Assembly (NCBI RefSeq): GCF_001194135.2
Contig: NC_068983.1
Span: 149,390,828-149,454,827, forward strand
Source of the DNA: Octopus bimaculoides
Lineage: Eukaryota
DNA: 64,000 nt
Direction: 5' to 3'
Below, in pieces: positions 37,090-49,525 of this stretch (its first letter is position 1; each line of letters begins with the position of its first letter). The notes under the pieces were generated by a model that saw nothing but the letters and a program-made list of their open reading frames with translations, was not told the DNA's origin and did not search any database. Both the position numbers and the translations under genes were made by a program.

Positions 37090-38280
37090 AAACCTCCCAA
37101 TTTTCCAATCTTTAGAAACATTGCAGCGTGTCCCACTCCCACAAAGCGTTACTCCACTGAATCTATAATCTAGCTTCCTATCGTATTTTCAACATCTCAA
37201 ACGTGATGAAAACAGCCATTAGCAGGTGGTCTTCTCCAACACCTTGAATCTCTTTAATGACCACAGCTTTTGTGAAGCCATATCTATAGGAAACCTACTC
37301 TCCTGATCTGCTCACAAGTGGGTTTCTGCCCTCAAGAAATTTGGTGCAAAATCTTATTGCCTTTGAAATCAGCAAATCTATTGAGTATGTCTGGTATGTA
37401 AATCCCCAAGTAAAACTGGCTGTATTGGATTACTGTATTGGATTACTGGCTTCGTATTAGATTGCAGCATGAGCTGATGGATCTCTTTTTAACCTACGTT
37501 CTATTAACTATGTTCTGCCACAAGATTTCAAGTTTGTCTCCATGTTTTGTATACATCAGTGACCTGCTTGTTGGTATCTTCAGCAATGCCTATTTCTAAG
37601 ATTCTACTCTTTGTTGCTCTTTAACCTTTTGCACACAAGTGTCATTCTCCTGCAATCTATTTAGATATTTCATACTGAAACTATACTGGCTCCACAAACA
37701 AAGTTTAGAAAAACATTCTCTTATAGAATATCAATCTTGTCTTTTTCAACAATACAAAGGCACAATTACTTTAAATATCAAGAAAGCATTATTGACCCGT
37801 CACCCCCACCTTAAACATGAACAACACACAACTGGAACCTTCAAGTTCATTAGAAATGCTTGGCTTCACCATCACCAAGGATCCCTCTTGGTGAGTGAAA
37901 ATACTTCAATACCACCAACTAATCCTATACAAAGCTCAGTTCATGTTGTGAGAGCCACAGTGGTGTATTGCTCAAATATCTTGGAAATGTTGCTGCTATT
38001 TACCTGTCTTACACCATGCAAAGAAAAGCCACTGATTGGTAGATACTGAGTCATTCACCAACAAACTCCAACTGCTGCTCCATGGGAAATTTTGTCTTTA
38101 ACGCCACTGCAATATTAGCTTCTTCTTAGAATTGACTGGTCTAATATCATCTCCACTCAAGCATTTCTGACTCATCTCATTCCTTTCCCACTCCTTCAGG
38201 CCATACTAACCATTACACCTAGTTCATCTTCTCCAGAACTTTGACTCTTTGGAATCCCTTCTCTACATACGCTTTTCAAC
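37090..38280 (+). mobile_element. Heavily degraded CR1/L2-group LINE RT and C-terminal remnant
   Basis: IAFEISKS..VW....KL (VALDISKAFDRVWH-like), SSLEMLGFTITKD.SW, QLILYKAQ..VR....YCSNI, RT..LWNP motifs. Confidence 0.65.
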
Positions 38281-39097
38281 TGTTAGTGTATTGCATAATT
38301 TTTTAGCTGAATTTTGTACCTTATTTCATCATTTCAAATGAGATTAAATGGTGATAATGATGATATATAACATGATACATTGTAGAAGAGTAATGTTAAC
38401 CATGTTGAGAACACACAAGAACTGTTATATTCAGTTTCATTAATTTCTGAATGATATCTTATGAAGTGTTAAAAATTTTCATCAAGCTTACAACTTGGAA
38501 CTTGGTCGCACACTCAATCCCACAGCAGTTATGTGTAAGTGTTCAAGTCACAGAAGTGTGGCACTTTTTGACATCTCACAGGATATGAGTAGAATCCATT
38601 CTACTCATCTATAATTTTGTGTGTGTATGTGTGCACAACTTTGTGTTTATGTATTTGGATGTAGATGAATGGAAAGGAAAAAAAGAATTACATTTTTTCG
38701 TGAAAGTATGCACATTTACAAGGTCGCTTAATTTGGAGTAAGGGCTTTTGTAATCTGATATTCTATCTATTTCTAAATTCTAATCTTTGTAGTGGGAGCA
38801 ACAGCTATTTTTCCAAAACCGGGAATACTAAAATAAATGATTACTTTTGAATGTCAAAATGATTGGTAGCACATGTACTTCATTGTTTGCAAAATTCTCA
38901 TAGAAACTGGTATAACCACGTGATTTCTTTGTATATATTTTCTGTAATGTGCTAGAACTTTATCTTAACAAAATCTCCAAAAAGAGGTATAGTAACCATT
39001 ACAGGTACTGTGAGTAGTCTTGGGTTTGGAGGATTGATTTTTCACTTCCCTTTCATCTACTGAACTTTGTTTTTAATTGTGTCTCTGTGTGTGTATG

Positions 39098-39138
<41 letters not shown>

Positions 39139-39264
39139 TGACACACACTATTGATATATTTAGCATATGGCTGTCATATTTCTAATCTTATTATATGTAT
39201 ATCTTGAAAATTTTATTTATTAAAACAATCATCATTAACTGACTGTCTTTTTCATCTTTTGTAG

Positions 39265-39304
39265 GTAAGTATTTTCACAAGTAATATTTCCTACAACTAC
39301 TCAG
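39265..39304 (+). other. Recursive-splice site (AG|GTAAGT) with 40-nt RS-type exon ending CAG|GTAAGA
   Basis: Branch-like TTAACTGAC at about 39235-39243, tract tgtctttttcatcttttgt, AG at 39263-39264 abutting GTAAGT; second strong donor at 39305. Confidence 0.6.
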
Positions 39305-41262
39305 GTAAGATACATGTTGTATATCTTAATATAATGATTAAATTGATCTTCAGGAAATTGTTTATTTATCTTCTTTATTTAAGTTAATAAAATATTTTAA
39401 TGATTAACTTTACATTTCAAAGGCAAAATTGAAATTTTGTGTGTGTATGTGTGTAGGTTTATGTGCATACATTTTGAAAATCCAACAAGTAAATTATAAA
39501 GGTGTTAATTTCTGTAATGTAACTTTATCTGTTATAATCAGATCTTTTTTTATTGGGGAAATTTAAAGAATAGTCAAAGATTTATATATTAATTTTATAA
39601 ACAAATTGTTATTGAATGAAATATTTTACTATAATAATATTTATTTCAGTAAATATACTATCAGTAAATCAACATACTCTTGGGGACGAAAGGTGTTACA
39701 TTGAAGATACATAAAAAGAAAGTGGTGTTCGATCTATATTCAGCCAAATTAGAAGGGAAAATACAGTAATTAAAAAAAGTAATCACAAAAATATGCATAA
39801 TCTTTTACTGGTTCCAGTCAGTGATTTGTAGCCATTGTATGGTATTATTATATGATACAATTTTAATTATTCTCTCAATTCTTAACTGTAAAAAAAATTG
39901 TCCTTTTTTTTTTCCTGTAGCAGACTTTGGAGTTCACTACTTTTAATTCAATCAATCAGATTTTAAATACTTTTTATTACTCAATTTATTTTTATTGTAC
40001 TAATTATGAAATTTTTTAAATACGTCTTTCATTTTACAAACTTTTTTATTTGTAAAAACTATCTAGCTATTATTTATTTGTTTTGAATTATAAAATGTAT
40101 TGGGCTCATTTAAGATACAGGAATACATACTTATAAGAATATATTCATGCATATTAATGTACATATAATATAATGAACTTATTGTGTACAACACTCAGGT
40201 GCACTACAACTCACCAGAAACAGTAACCAAAATTTCATGAACAGTACATAGAATATACACAGGAAGAGAACAGTGATAAAGTCTTTAAAAAAATATGTAT
40301 ATAACAATATCTACAAACCAATTGGACACATTTAACTCTTTGCTTGGTGTATCCTCAAAATTTATGCTGTAACACTCCTTTCAGCTTGGTGTATTGATAC
40401 TTTTTTTTTTTTTGTTAGTTATAAACTATATTCTTTTAGCTAGTTACATGGTTTGATAATGATAGCATAGTTTTCAAATTAAGGAAGATCTCAAAGCCTC
40501 CAATTTCCACTCTCTTACAACGCTGGGACATCTCATTCAATTATCCAAAGAGATTTTAAATGGCTATTATCTGTTTTCATTAGTCTGTTTGCATATTGCT
40601 TTTGTCTCAATGTGACATGAATAATGTTTCTGATGATGATGATTTTGTCAATGGTAGTGGTTGTTGCTGTTGTTTTGGAAGTGATGGACACAGAGATTAC
40701 TTCATACAATAAAAACCTTAGTAAATATTTCTTTAATTAGTATTCAAAATAATCATGAAAAATCGTAATTCTTTCCAATTAAAACTGCTGGCATCACTCA
40801 TCAGTGTATCGCCAGTAAAGTCAGTTGAAAATACCTAGCTCCAAATCTTTTTATGGTTCTATCTGGAGGAAAGGTCTGTGCCCATGTCTTTAGCAGGTCC
40901 TCCAAGTCTAATGCAATTGATTGTCTCTTTGATCTGTAACTAAAAGTTAATGATTTCAGAAAAAACAAGGGCAGAGAAGGAATTCTTGACAATCGATGTT
41001 CTGTAAAGTAATGATTAAACTTTGGGATTTGTGGAGGGCACAATATGGCTGATGAAAGGAGGAGGGACAAGTGAGTCAGTTTGACTTGGATAGAGATGGT
41101 ACAAGACCAGCTCGATCAAAGGAATAGAAGCCACTGAAGTAATGAAGAGTTAGAGAGTGTTGATGGGCAACTTCATACTAATCAGTTGAATGACCATACA
41201 AAGTTATATATTTTAATGAAATGTTTACCATTGAATATTTTACAATATACACAGATATATAT

Positions 41263-41418
41263 CATCATCATCATCATCATCGTTTAACGTCCGCTTTCCA
41301 TGCTAGCATGGGTTGGACGATTTGACTGAGGACTGGTGAAACCGGATGGCAACACCAGGCTCCAGTCTGATTTGGCAGAGTTTCTACAGCTGGATGCCCT
41401 TCCTAACGCCAACCACTC
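41263..41418 (-). mobile_element. Young RTE tail running into a gap
   Basis: (CAT)n GTTTAACGTCCGCTTTCCATGCTAGCATGGG. Confidence 0.92.
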
Positions 41419-42589
41419 NNNNNNNNNNNNNNNNNNNNNNNNNNNNNNNNNNNNNNNNNNNNNNNNNNNNNNNNNNNNNNNNNNNNNNNNNNATATATAT
41501 ATATATATATAATCTAAATAAGAAAACAAAGAAAGACTTTAGCACATTTTACAATTATTTCTGTACCAATTCTGCTTTCAACATCAGTTCATACAAAAGT
41601 TCTGACTGAAATTTTGCATAATATTTACAGTTTTAAACATTAGAGTGACACTTCCTCAGACCTAGGGCCTGGGAACAGACAGTGCACTTGCACCCTCTAA
41701 AATTTTGTTGGGGTGCAAAATTCAATATTGCACCCTCTACTTACCTTTCTCAGGATTAGAAAATAGTGTTTAAAAATTGATCTGTAAAAAATTAGTTGAA
41801 GTTAGGTTTCTTCTCAAAATAAGAACATTAATAAAAAGAAAATCCCACCAAATCCCTAGAAAGATATATTACTGAACTAAAGCATCTTCAACATTAAAAT
41901 TAACATTCTATATATATAACAACTGTGGCCACTCTCTCAATACTAGAACATTTGATGACCTATTAAACTTCACAATCAAGTGCCCTTCACAGTGTAGCTA
42001 TCCATTTCCTCTGAATACCATAATTGACCCATCATCATCATTGCTATCATGTTCTACTGCTACTACCCTTACCACAACTAAACAATAGCAACAACAAGAT
42101 CAGCATTGTAAGTCACTCATCAATACTGTAACAATTGATGACCTATTAAACAACACAGTCTCTAGCTCTTCTCCACACTCAGGACACTGAAATTCTTCTC
42201 AGAATAACACAAGAGATCCATCATCTCCATCATCATCCTCTTCTACTGTATCATTACCACAATTACTATTCCAATTCGTGAAGAATCACTCCTTTCTTCT
42301 CCCACTGTCCCCCTCAATCTGAGTGTATACCTGACAGCTCCATGATAAATCTGCCAACTGTAAATAAAAGAAAATTATGAACACACAAAACTCTCCAAAA
42401 TATGCTGCTATTCTTAGCATGAGAGACTATGCATACACAGTGACTGTAACTTTACCCATTTACCTGGGACAAGATGCACAATTCCTACAAGCAATACCAA
42501 CCAACGCCAAACCACACATCTTACAACACCACCGTCACCACCACCACCACCACCACCACTAAATGCTAAATCACACTTAATAGTTTCTA

Positions 42590-42769
42590 CACGTAAAAGC
42601 ACCCACTACACTCTCGGAGTGGTTGGTGTTAGGAAGGGCATCCAGCTGTAGAAACTCTGCCAAATCAGATTGGAGACTGGTGTAGCCATCTGGATCACCA
42701 GTCCTCAGTCAAATCGTCCAACCCATGCTAGCATGGAAAGGGGACGTTAAACGATGATGATGATGATGA
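42590..42769 (+). mobile_element. Young 5'-truncated RTE tail
   Basis: GGTTGGTGTTAGGAAGGGCATCC..CCATGCTAGCATGG..(GAT)n. Confidence 0.92.
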
Positions 42770-43094
42770 CACATGTAACCCGGAATCCTAAAATCTATTG
42801 CTATCCCCAACCCAAAAGATTAAGTCTGATGTGTGACTGTCCCTTCACTCATCTTCCAGGGTTTCAATGCACTAGTAAAAACATGACACCAAACCACCAA
42901 ATCCACAGTAGAAACATCCCTTAAAGTGACAGTGTTGGTCCAGACTTTCATTGGAACCCAAAAGTCACCCATATATTTCCTGGGTACAATAGTAAAATCA
43001 ACAGCTGCAAACCATATAACTAGAACCATATTCAACAGTGCAACCATACCAACTCCAGACAACAACCCCTCCCAAAAGAAGAAAATTCTTTTTT

Positions 43095-43490
43095 AGCAAT
43101 GCTGGTATAGGTTGGTTGGATGGTTTGACAAGCTGACAAGGCCAGGAGCCACACCAGATTCCATTGTCTGTTTTGGCATGGTTCTACAACTGAATGCCCT
43201 TCCACTTTACAGAGTTCACTGGGTGCTTTTTATGTGGTACCAGTGCTTTTTAACATGGCACCAACTCCAGTGATTTTTACATGGTGCCAGTACCAGTGCT
43301 TCTTATGTGGCACCAGTACCAGTGCTTTTTACATGGCACCAGTACTGAGAGGGCCACCAAGTACTTTACACAACAAAAACCTCTTGACTGAGAGTGGGGG
43401 AGTAATAGTTTTGAGTGGATGGGGATTTGTGCCATTTGAGAGACTTAGGGTATAGAAGGGACAGAGATAGGTGTCTTACTGTAGAGTAGA
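43095..43490 (-). mobile_element. Older RTE-tailed element containing a 20-27-nt minisatellite (43223-43345)
   Basis: Five units of about GTGCTTTTTACATGGCACCAGTACCA. Confidence 0.75.
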
Positions 43491-44187
43491 GAGAGAGACT
43501 TAGATTGTATGTACTAACTAGTGATACATTATTGTTGCTCTAGAAATACTTTTCTAAATGCCTTTGTAAATGCTTGCTGTACACAGATATTTAGGATACA
43601 GAACTAATTTGAGTTTACATGTCACTGTACTTTAATATGGCAGCGGCATGAAAATATCTAACAGTAGTGGTTCTGTATAGAAAATAATAAGATTAGTGTC
43701 TACTTCTAGTAATGATAGCAACACTTCAATAAAGATAGTGCAGAAGTCTATTCAAAGCCCTCTCTGTGTATAATCATTCTATCTATTTCACATTTTCCAC
43801 TTTATAAAACTGTTATTTAAATATATATCAAGAGTCGTGACAGACAGATAGTATCAGCAATTGGAAAATCAATGGAAACATTCCTCAGTTCAATTGAAAG
43901 ATCGGCTGAGATGCAACCAAAGCTAAATATATGACATATATTTTAAAGAATTGTGTACAAGTTTACATTATTATAATACTTGACAGAATCTATTTTAAAA
44001 GCCAGTATATTCCACTGGAGTTTCACTTGGTTGATGCTTAACCTGAGTTTCTGTGAGATAAATCCCTCTGTCCAGATAAGAAACTTATATATCACAATTG
44101 TTCACATCATCTGGCACCTAACTTCCTTGGCAAAGCATGTTAAAGTAATAGAATGGTGAAGCTTGCCCAAAGATATCAAGCATTAGA

Positions 44188-44231
<44 letters not shown>

Positions 44232-44509
44232 ATGATCATTCAGTACACTGGAAATAACAGCCAGTTCCTTCTTAAATCACATTTCTGTCTTTGAAAGGAT
44301 ACCCACATTGAATAATGTAGTACTGATTATACTGTGAATTTACATATTATCAGAAACAAAACATACATAACTGATTCTCATTGTTCTAATTAGTTGGGGT
44401 TTTTTTTTTTTTTCATATATACATTGTGTTTCAACATATGACAGATGCTACAAATTTAAATAAGTCAATGAGCTTATTTTAATTTATTTATTGTATCATC
44501 ATCATTATT

Positions 44510-45280
44510 CTTCCAGCTCTTTATATTCTGAGTTCAAATGCTGTCAAGGTTGACTTTATCTTCCATCTTTTCAAAATCAGTAAATCAACTTCTTGCTGAG
44601 CACTGAGGTCAATGTAATCAACTTCCACCCCATTTCAAAACTGCTGGCCTTGTGCCAAAAATTAGTAAGAATTATCATTATTATTATGCTCACAACAGAT
44701 TAGACTGTTGGAAAATAAAAATTCCTAACATGGGGCTACAAGTAACCTTAGATGCTAAGAACCCTCCTAATTATCTTAGCCGTCCCTAATAATACTGTTC
44801 TCTGGAGCTGTACTAAACTGGGTTTATTATTGTTATTACTATCATCATCATCATCATAGCTAGCTGGAAAAATCATTTGTGCATTGGACAAAATGTTTAG
44901 TGAACTTTTTCTTTTGACTCTTTGCATTCTGAGTTCAAATTCTGCTGAGGTCAACTTTGCTTTTCATCCTTTCAAGATTGATAAAATACATGCCAGTTGA
45001 GCATTGCAGTTAGTGTAATTGATTATCCTCCTGTTGCAAAATTTCAGACCATGTGCTTATAGTAGAAAGAATTATTATTAGTAGTAGTGTTGAATGACAG
45101 AATTAGTAGAATGGCATACAAAACTCTTTACATTCAGAGCTCAAATCCAAATGAGGTTGACTTCATATTTCATTTTTGAGGATTTTATAAAATAAGCACC
45201 AGTCAAGTACTGTGGTTAATATAATCAACTGTTTACTACTATAAATGTGTTGTCATGTGTCTATGTTATGAATCATAATT
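44510..45280 (+). mobile_element. Three Meta-like SINE copies with an interposed R4 tail
   Basis: TTCTGAGTTCAAAT..GGTCAACTTTGC..TTCATCCTTTC cores near 44525, 44925 and 45135. Confidence 0.75.
44690..44826 (-). mobile_element. 3' end of an R4/Dong-like LINE
   Basis: KPSLVQLQRTVLLGTAKIIRRVLSI* plus 3'UTR; matches 49380-49525. Confidence 0.85.
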
Positions 45281-45660
45281 ATTATAGTATATATGTATGT
45301 ATTTCTAAAGTTGAGGATAATATTTAATGACATTGATGAGATTTTAATGGCCTCTTCATAAAAAGTTTACAAGTAGTATGTTCATTTCTAAACAAATTAT
45401 TTGCTTTAACATTATTTTTTTTTCTTTACTCATCAAGAAAAAACAATTTCTTGCTGTTAAAACATATTACTTGACGAAGTTATTTATTTACAAGTTCAGA
45501 TAGAGAAATAATATTGGCAAGTATTTAAGAGAAAGTTGACTATGTTTGTTTGAATATATGCATGGATTACATATACTGGGTGAAATGATGCTCTGTGTTG
45601 GTGACAGAGAAAGACAGAAGAATTACTTATATAATAGTAATAATAATGATAATAATAATC

Positions 45661-45870
45661 CTTTCTACTATAGGCACAAGGCCTGAAATTTTGTAGAGAG
45701 GGGAGTAGTCAATCATATCAATCCCGGTGTTTCATTGGTACTTAATTTACCGACCCCAAAAGGATGAAAGCAAAGTTGACCTCGGTGAAATTTGAACTCA
45801 GAATGTAGCGACAGGTGAAATGCCTAGGCATTTCACCCAGCATGCTAATGATTCTACCAGCTTGCCGCCT
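45661..45870 (-). mobile_element. Relatively intact Meta-like tRNA SINE between (AAT)n tracts
   Basis: Minus strand GGCGGCAAGCTGGTAGAATCATTAGC...GGCCTTGTGCCTATAGTAGAAAG. Confidence 0.9.
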
Positions 45871-45892
45871 TAATAATAATAATAATAATAAT

Positions 45893-46670
45893 AATGAACT
45901 TATTGCATACAGTGCATGGATGTACTACAACTCATCTGAAAAAGAAGTAACCAAAACTGCATGAACAGTACATAGAATATGCACAGGGAGTGAACAGTGT
46001 ATAAGTCTTAATAAAAAAATAAATAAAACAGAAGAAACGGTGGGGGGCATCGGGTGTACTGTTGGCAGATTTTAGGAAGCTCGAAAGTTTTGTAGGCTGT
46101 AGTGTCCTGACAGCTAACAACTGATGCAGGTAGTTTATTCCTGTGAAAAAATGTTTCCGAAAGTCATGGGTGTTGTGTTGTTTTTCTATTTTGTAAGCAT
46201 GTCCACAAGTGTTAGACTTATGGAATTCAAAAAGGTGCCCAAGATTGTTGTTGGAAAGATGGTGGATAATCTTGTGCGTGTGTACCTAGTCAGTTGCCAG
46301 ACATCGGAACTTTAATGTGTCCATACCCAGAGAAGCAAGATGTTTGGAGTATTGTAGATGCTTGATGGCAAGTATTTACTTGGTTGCCCGTTTCTGAACA
46401 GTTTTCAGGAGATTGATTCGCTGAGCAAGAGAGGGGTTCCAGACTAGTGATGCAAACTCTAAGTGTGGGTGTACTATAGTCATTTACAGTTTTAAATAGA
46501 TACCTGGAGAGCAGCTGACAAAGGTGTTATGCTAAGACACCCTCAGTCTTCTTGTACAATCTTAGAGATGTGTTTTGTCCAATAATACCCACATCACATT
46601 CACTAACAGACTTCCTCGAGTCATTTGTGTGGCACAGAATTGAAGGTTTTTGCAAAGTGACTTTCCTTAA
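45893..46670 (-). mobile_element. CR1/L2-group LINE 3' fragment with internal deletion
   Basis: HPHLEFASLVWNP..INLLKTVQKRATK..L.SLGMDTLKFR..KIIH..TCGHAYKIEK..DFRKHFF..NKLPASVV; FAKTFNSVPH near 46640. Confidence 0.85.
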
Positions 46671-46939
46671 TATCCTTTATTTAAAAATTATCATAAGTGA
46701 GACCCATGGAAATTTCATACTTTATAAATGTTCGTATGTCTATTTAGATCAATCTTGATAACAATGTTTTATTATTATAAAGATTTTGACTGTCTTCAAT
46801 CCCATTCCATAGTTAAGATTGTTTAAAGCATAAAGCTCAAACTTGTGTCTCTTTGATTTAGTTACATAGTTGTTAATAATAATAATAAAAATAAGTGTTA
46901 CTTTGATGGCATGCACTGCTCTCTCACTCAATAATGATG

Positions 46940-49525
46940 ATGATAATAAAGGAAGCTGCTAGAAATGACTAGCAAAGTAGATTCTGTTATCAGTAGGATA
47001 GATACTAAAAATATAGGAGACACTAACTTATTGATTTATGCAGGAGGAGTAATAGTCACCAGAAGATCAGATATCTCACAGGGAAAGATTAAAAAAGAGC
47101 AAATGAGGAGAAGGAGAATTCAAAATAACATGAAGTAAGACAATATCTGATTAGAATAGAAACCTGGAAGTTAGGAAACACAAGATGCAAATCTTCCTTC
47201 AAGAAAAGATACTTAGTCAAAGAGAAAGGATTTGGGACAGTAATAGAAGAGTTGAAACAGCATATCATAGCAGTAGCAGGCAAGCTCTCCAGTTATCAGA
47301 AAAGAATAGATCAGTATCAACAGAATAGATTATTTAGACCAGAGGAGATTTTATAACCAAATAAATAGTGGAGAATTAAGAACTGAAGATGAGAAACCTA
47401 ATGCAGAAGAAGCTAGGAAGTTCTGGAGTAATATTTTGGATAAGCCTGTAAACCATAATGGAGATACAGTATGGTTAAAGAAGGTGAGGGAAGGAGTAGT
47501 GAGTGAGAAGCAACCAGATCTAAGATTAACTAGTGCATTAATGAGTAAAGTGTTAGGGAAAATGTCAAATTGGAAGGGCCCAGGACCAGATTTAATCCAA
47601 GGGTACTGGCTAAAGAAATTCAGTAGTTTACATGGGAGGCTGAGGGAACAACTTCAGGATTGCCTTAATGGAGAAATAATACCAGATTGGATGACTAGAG
47701 GGAGCACAATACAAATTATGAAAGATAAGAGCAAGGGTAGTACAGCTAGCAACTAAAGACCAATCCCTTGCTTATCATTAGTGTGGAAGCTGTTGACAGG
47801 AATGCTTTGACAACCAGAATTTACTATCAGAAGAGCAGAAAGGCTGCAAGAAGAAGGCTAGAGGAACACATCATCTATTATATATAGACAAAGCAATTCT
47901 AAATGAAGTAAAAGCTAGAAAGAAAAATCTAACAACAGCATGGATAGATTATAGGAAAGCCTATGACATGATCCCACACTCATGGATAAGTGAATGTTTG
48001 AGTATATTCAGTATAGCAGACAACACAAGAGAATTAGCTGTAGCATGAAGAAATGGAAAGTAAATCTCTACTTGGGTGACACACTCTTTGGGAAAGTTAA
48101 ATCAAAAGAGGAATTTTCCAGGGGGACTCATCCCCTTTAATATTTGTCTTATGTTTGGTCCCCCTCAGTTTAGTATTAAGGAAGGCAAAGGCAGGGTATC
48201 AGTTCAGAAATAGTAAGGGAAAATTAACCATTTGCTCCACATGGATGATCTGAAGCTTTTTAGTAAGAATTAAAGAGATAGATTCCTTAATGCAGACTGG
48301 GATTTGGCATAGATAAGTGTGAAATATTAGTTATGAGAAGGGAACAAGTAGCCAACAGTGAAGGCATCCAATTACCAGATCGCCAGACATTAAAATCATT
48401 GAAAGGAGAAGAGATTTATAAGTATCTAGGAGTATTAGAATCTGACAGAGTACTAACAATGGAAATGAAAATTGAGAAGGAGTACCTCATAAGGATAAGG
48501 AAGCTAATGACGTCAAAGCTAAATGGTTCGAATCTAGTGAAGGCTGTAAATACTTGGGCAGTATCATTACTTAGATACTCAGCAGCTTTTGTAGAATGGA
48601 CAAAAACTGAATTAGCAAAGTTAGACAGAACTAGGAAGGATTTCAATATGAATGGAGGACTCCACCCAAAGGCAGGAGTAGCAAGAGTATACCTACCCAA
48701 AAAGAAAGGCCAGAAAACCAAGAACCCAAATGAAGTTAAAAACCAGAAAAAAGAACTGAAATTATCTGACAGGCAGGAGAAGGTGAGCATGGTAGATTCC
48801 CAAAGATAGTTGCAGTAAATAGTACTGAGAAAGGAAAGCTGAAGAGGGAGACAGAAAATTTATTAGTAGCTGCACAAGATCAAGCATTAAAGACTAATTG
48901 GATAAAAACCAAGATAGATTCCTAATGTAGATTATAAAGCATTACTTATATAGTAGATGAATGTAGCATGCCGGCACAGAAATAATACAAGAAAAGACAT
49001 GACAATCTAGGAAGAGCAATCCATTGGGAGCTTTGTAACATACTGATAAATGGTATGAACATGAACCTAGTAAAGTACTAGAAAGTAAGAAATACAAGAT
49101 GTTGTGGGACTTTAACATTCAGACTGACAGTAATAGAAGCTAGAAGGTCTGATTTGGTAGTAGTAGATAAAGAGAATAGAAAGTTGCAAATGACTACAGT
49201 CCCAAATGATGAAAAAATTAATATGAGAGGTATAGAAAAAAAATAGCAAAGTGCCAGGACCTAGCTATTGAATTACAGAGATTATGGAAAGTGCAGGTAA
49301 ATTGTATCCCAGTAGTTATAGGTGCACTGAGAACTATCCCTAAAGATCTGAACAGATGGATAGAGGAAATAGGCATAAAACCCAGTCTAGTACAGCTCCA
49401 GAAAACAGTGTTATTAGGGACAGTTAGAATACTTAGGGAGTTTCTTGACATCTAAGGTTACTTGCTGTAGCCCAATGTTAGGATTCTTTTCTTTTCCAAC
49501 AACCTAATCTGTTGAGTGTATATGA
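46940..49525 (+). mobile_element. R4/Dong-clade non-LTR retrotransposon (RT plus restriction-like endonuclease), 5'-truncated and pseudogenised
   Basis: NWKGPGPDLIQGYWLKKF, WIDYRKAYDMIPHSW, FQGDS.SPL, HMDDLKLF, KYLGVLE, AVNTWAVSLLRYSA, LWDFNIQTD..ARRSDLVVVDK, IPVVIGAL.TIPK, LQKTVLLGT; flanked by AAT-rich tracts. Confidence 0.92.

Noticed and set aside
43223-43345. CRISPR-like short repeat array
   Set aside because: Units are contiguous and degenerate with no unique spacers; a minisatellite within a retroelement in a eukaryote.
45661-49525. Meta-like SINE mobilised by the R4/Dong element
   Set aside because: No shared 3' sequence, and opposite microsatellite polarity (ATT versus AAT on the sense strand).
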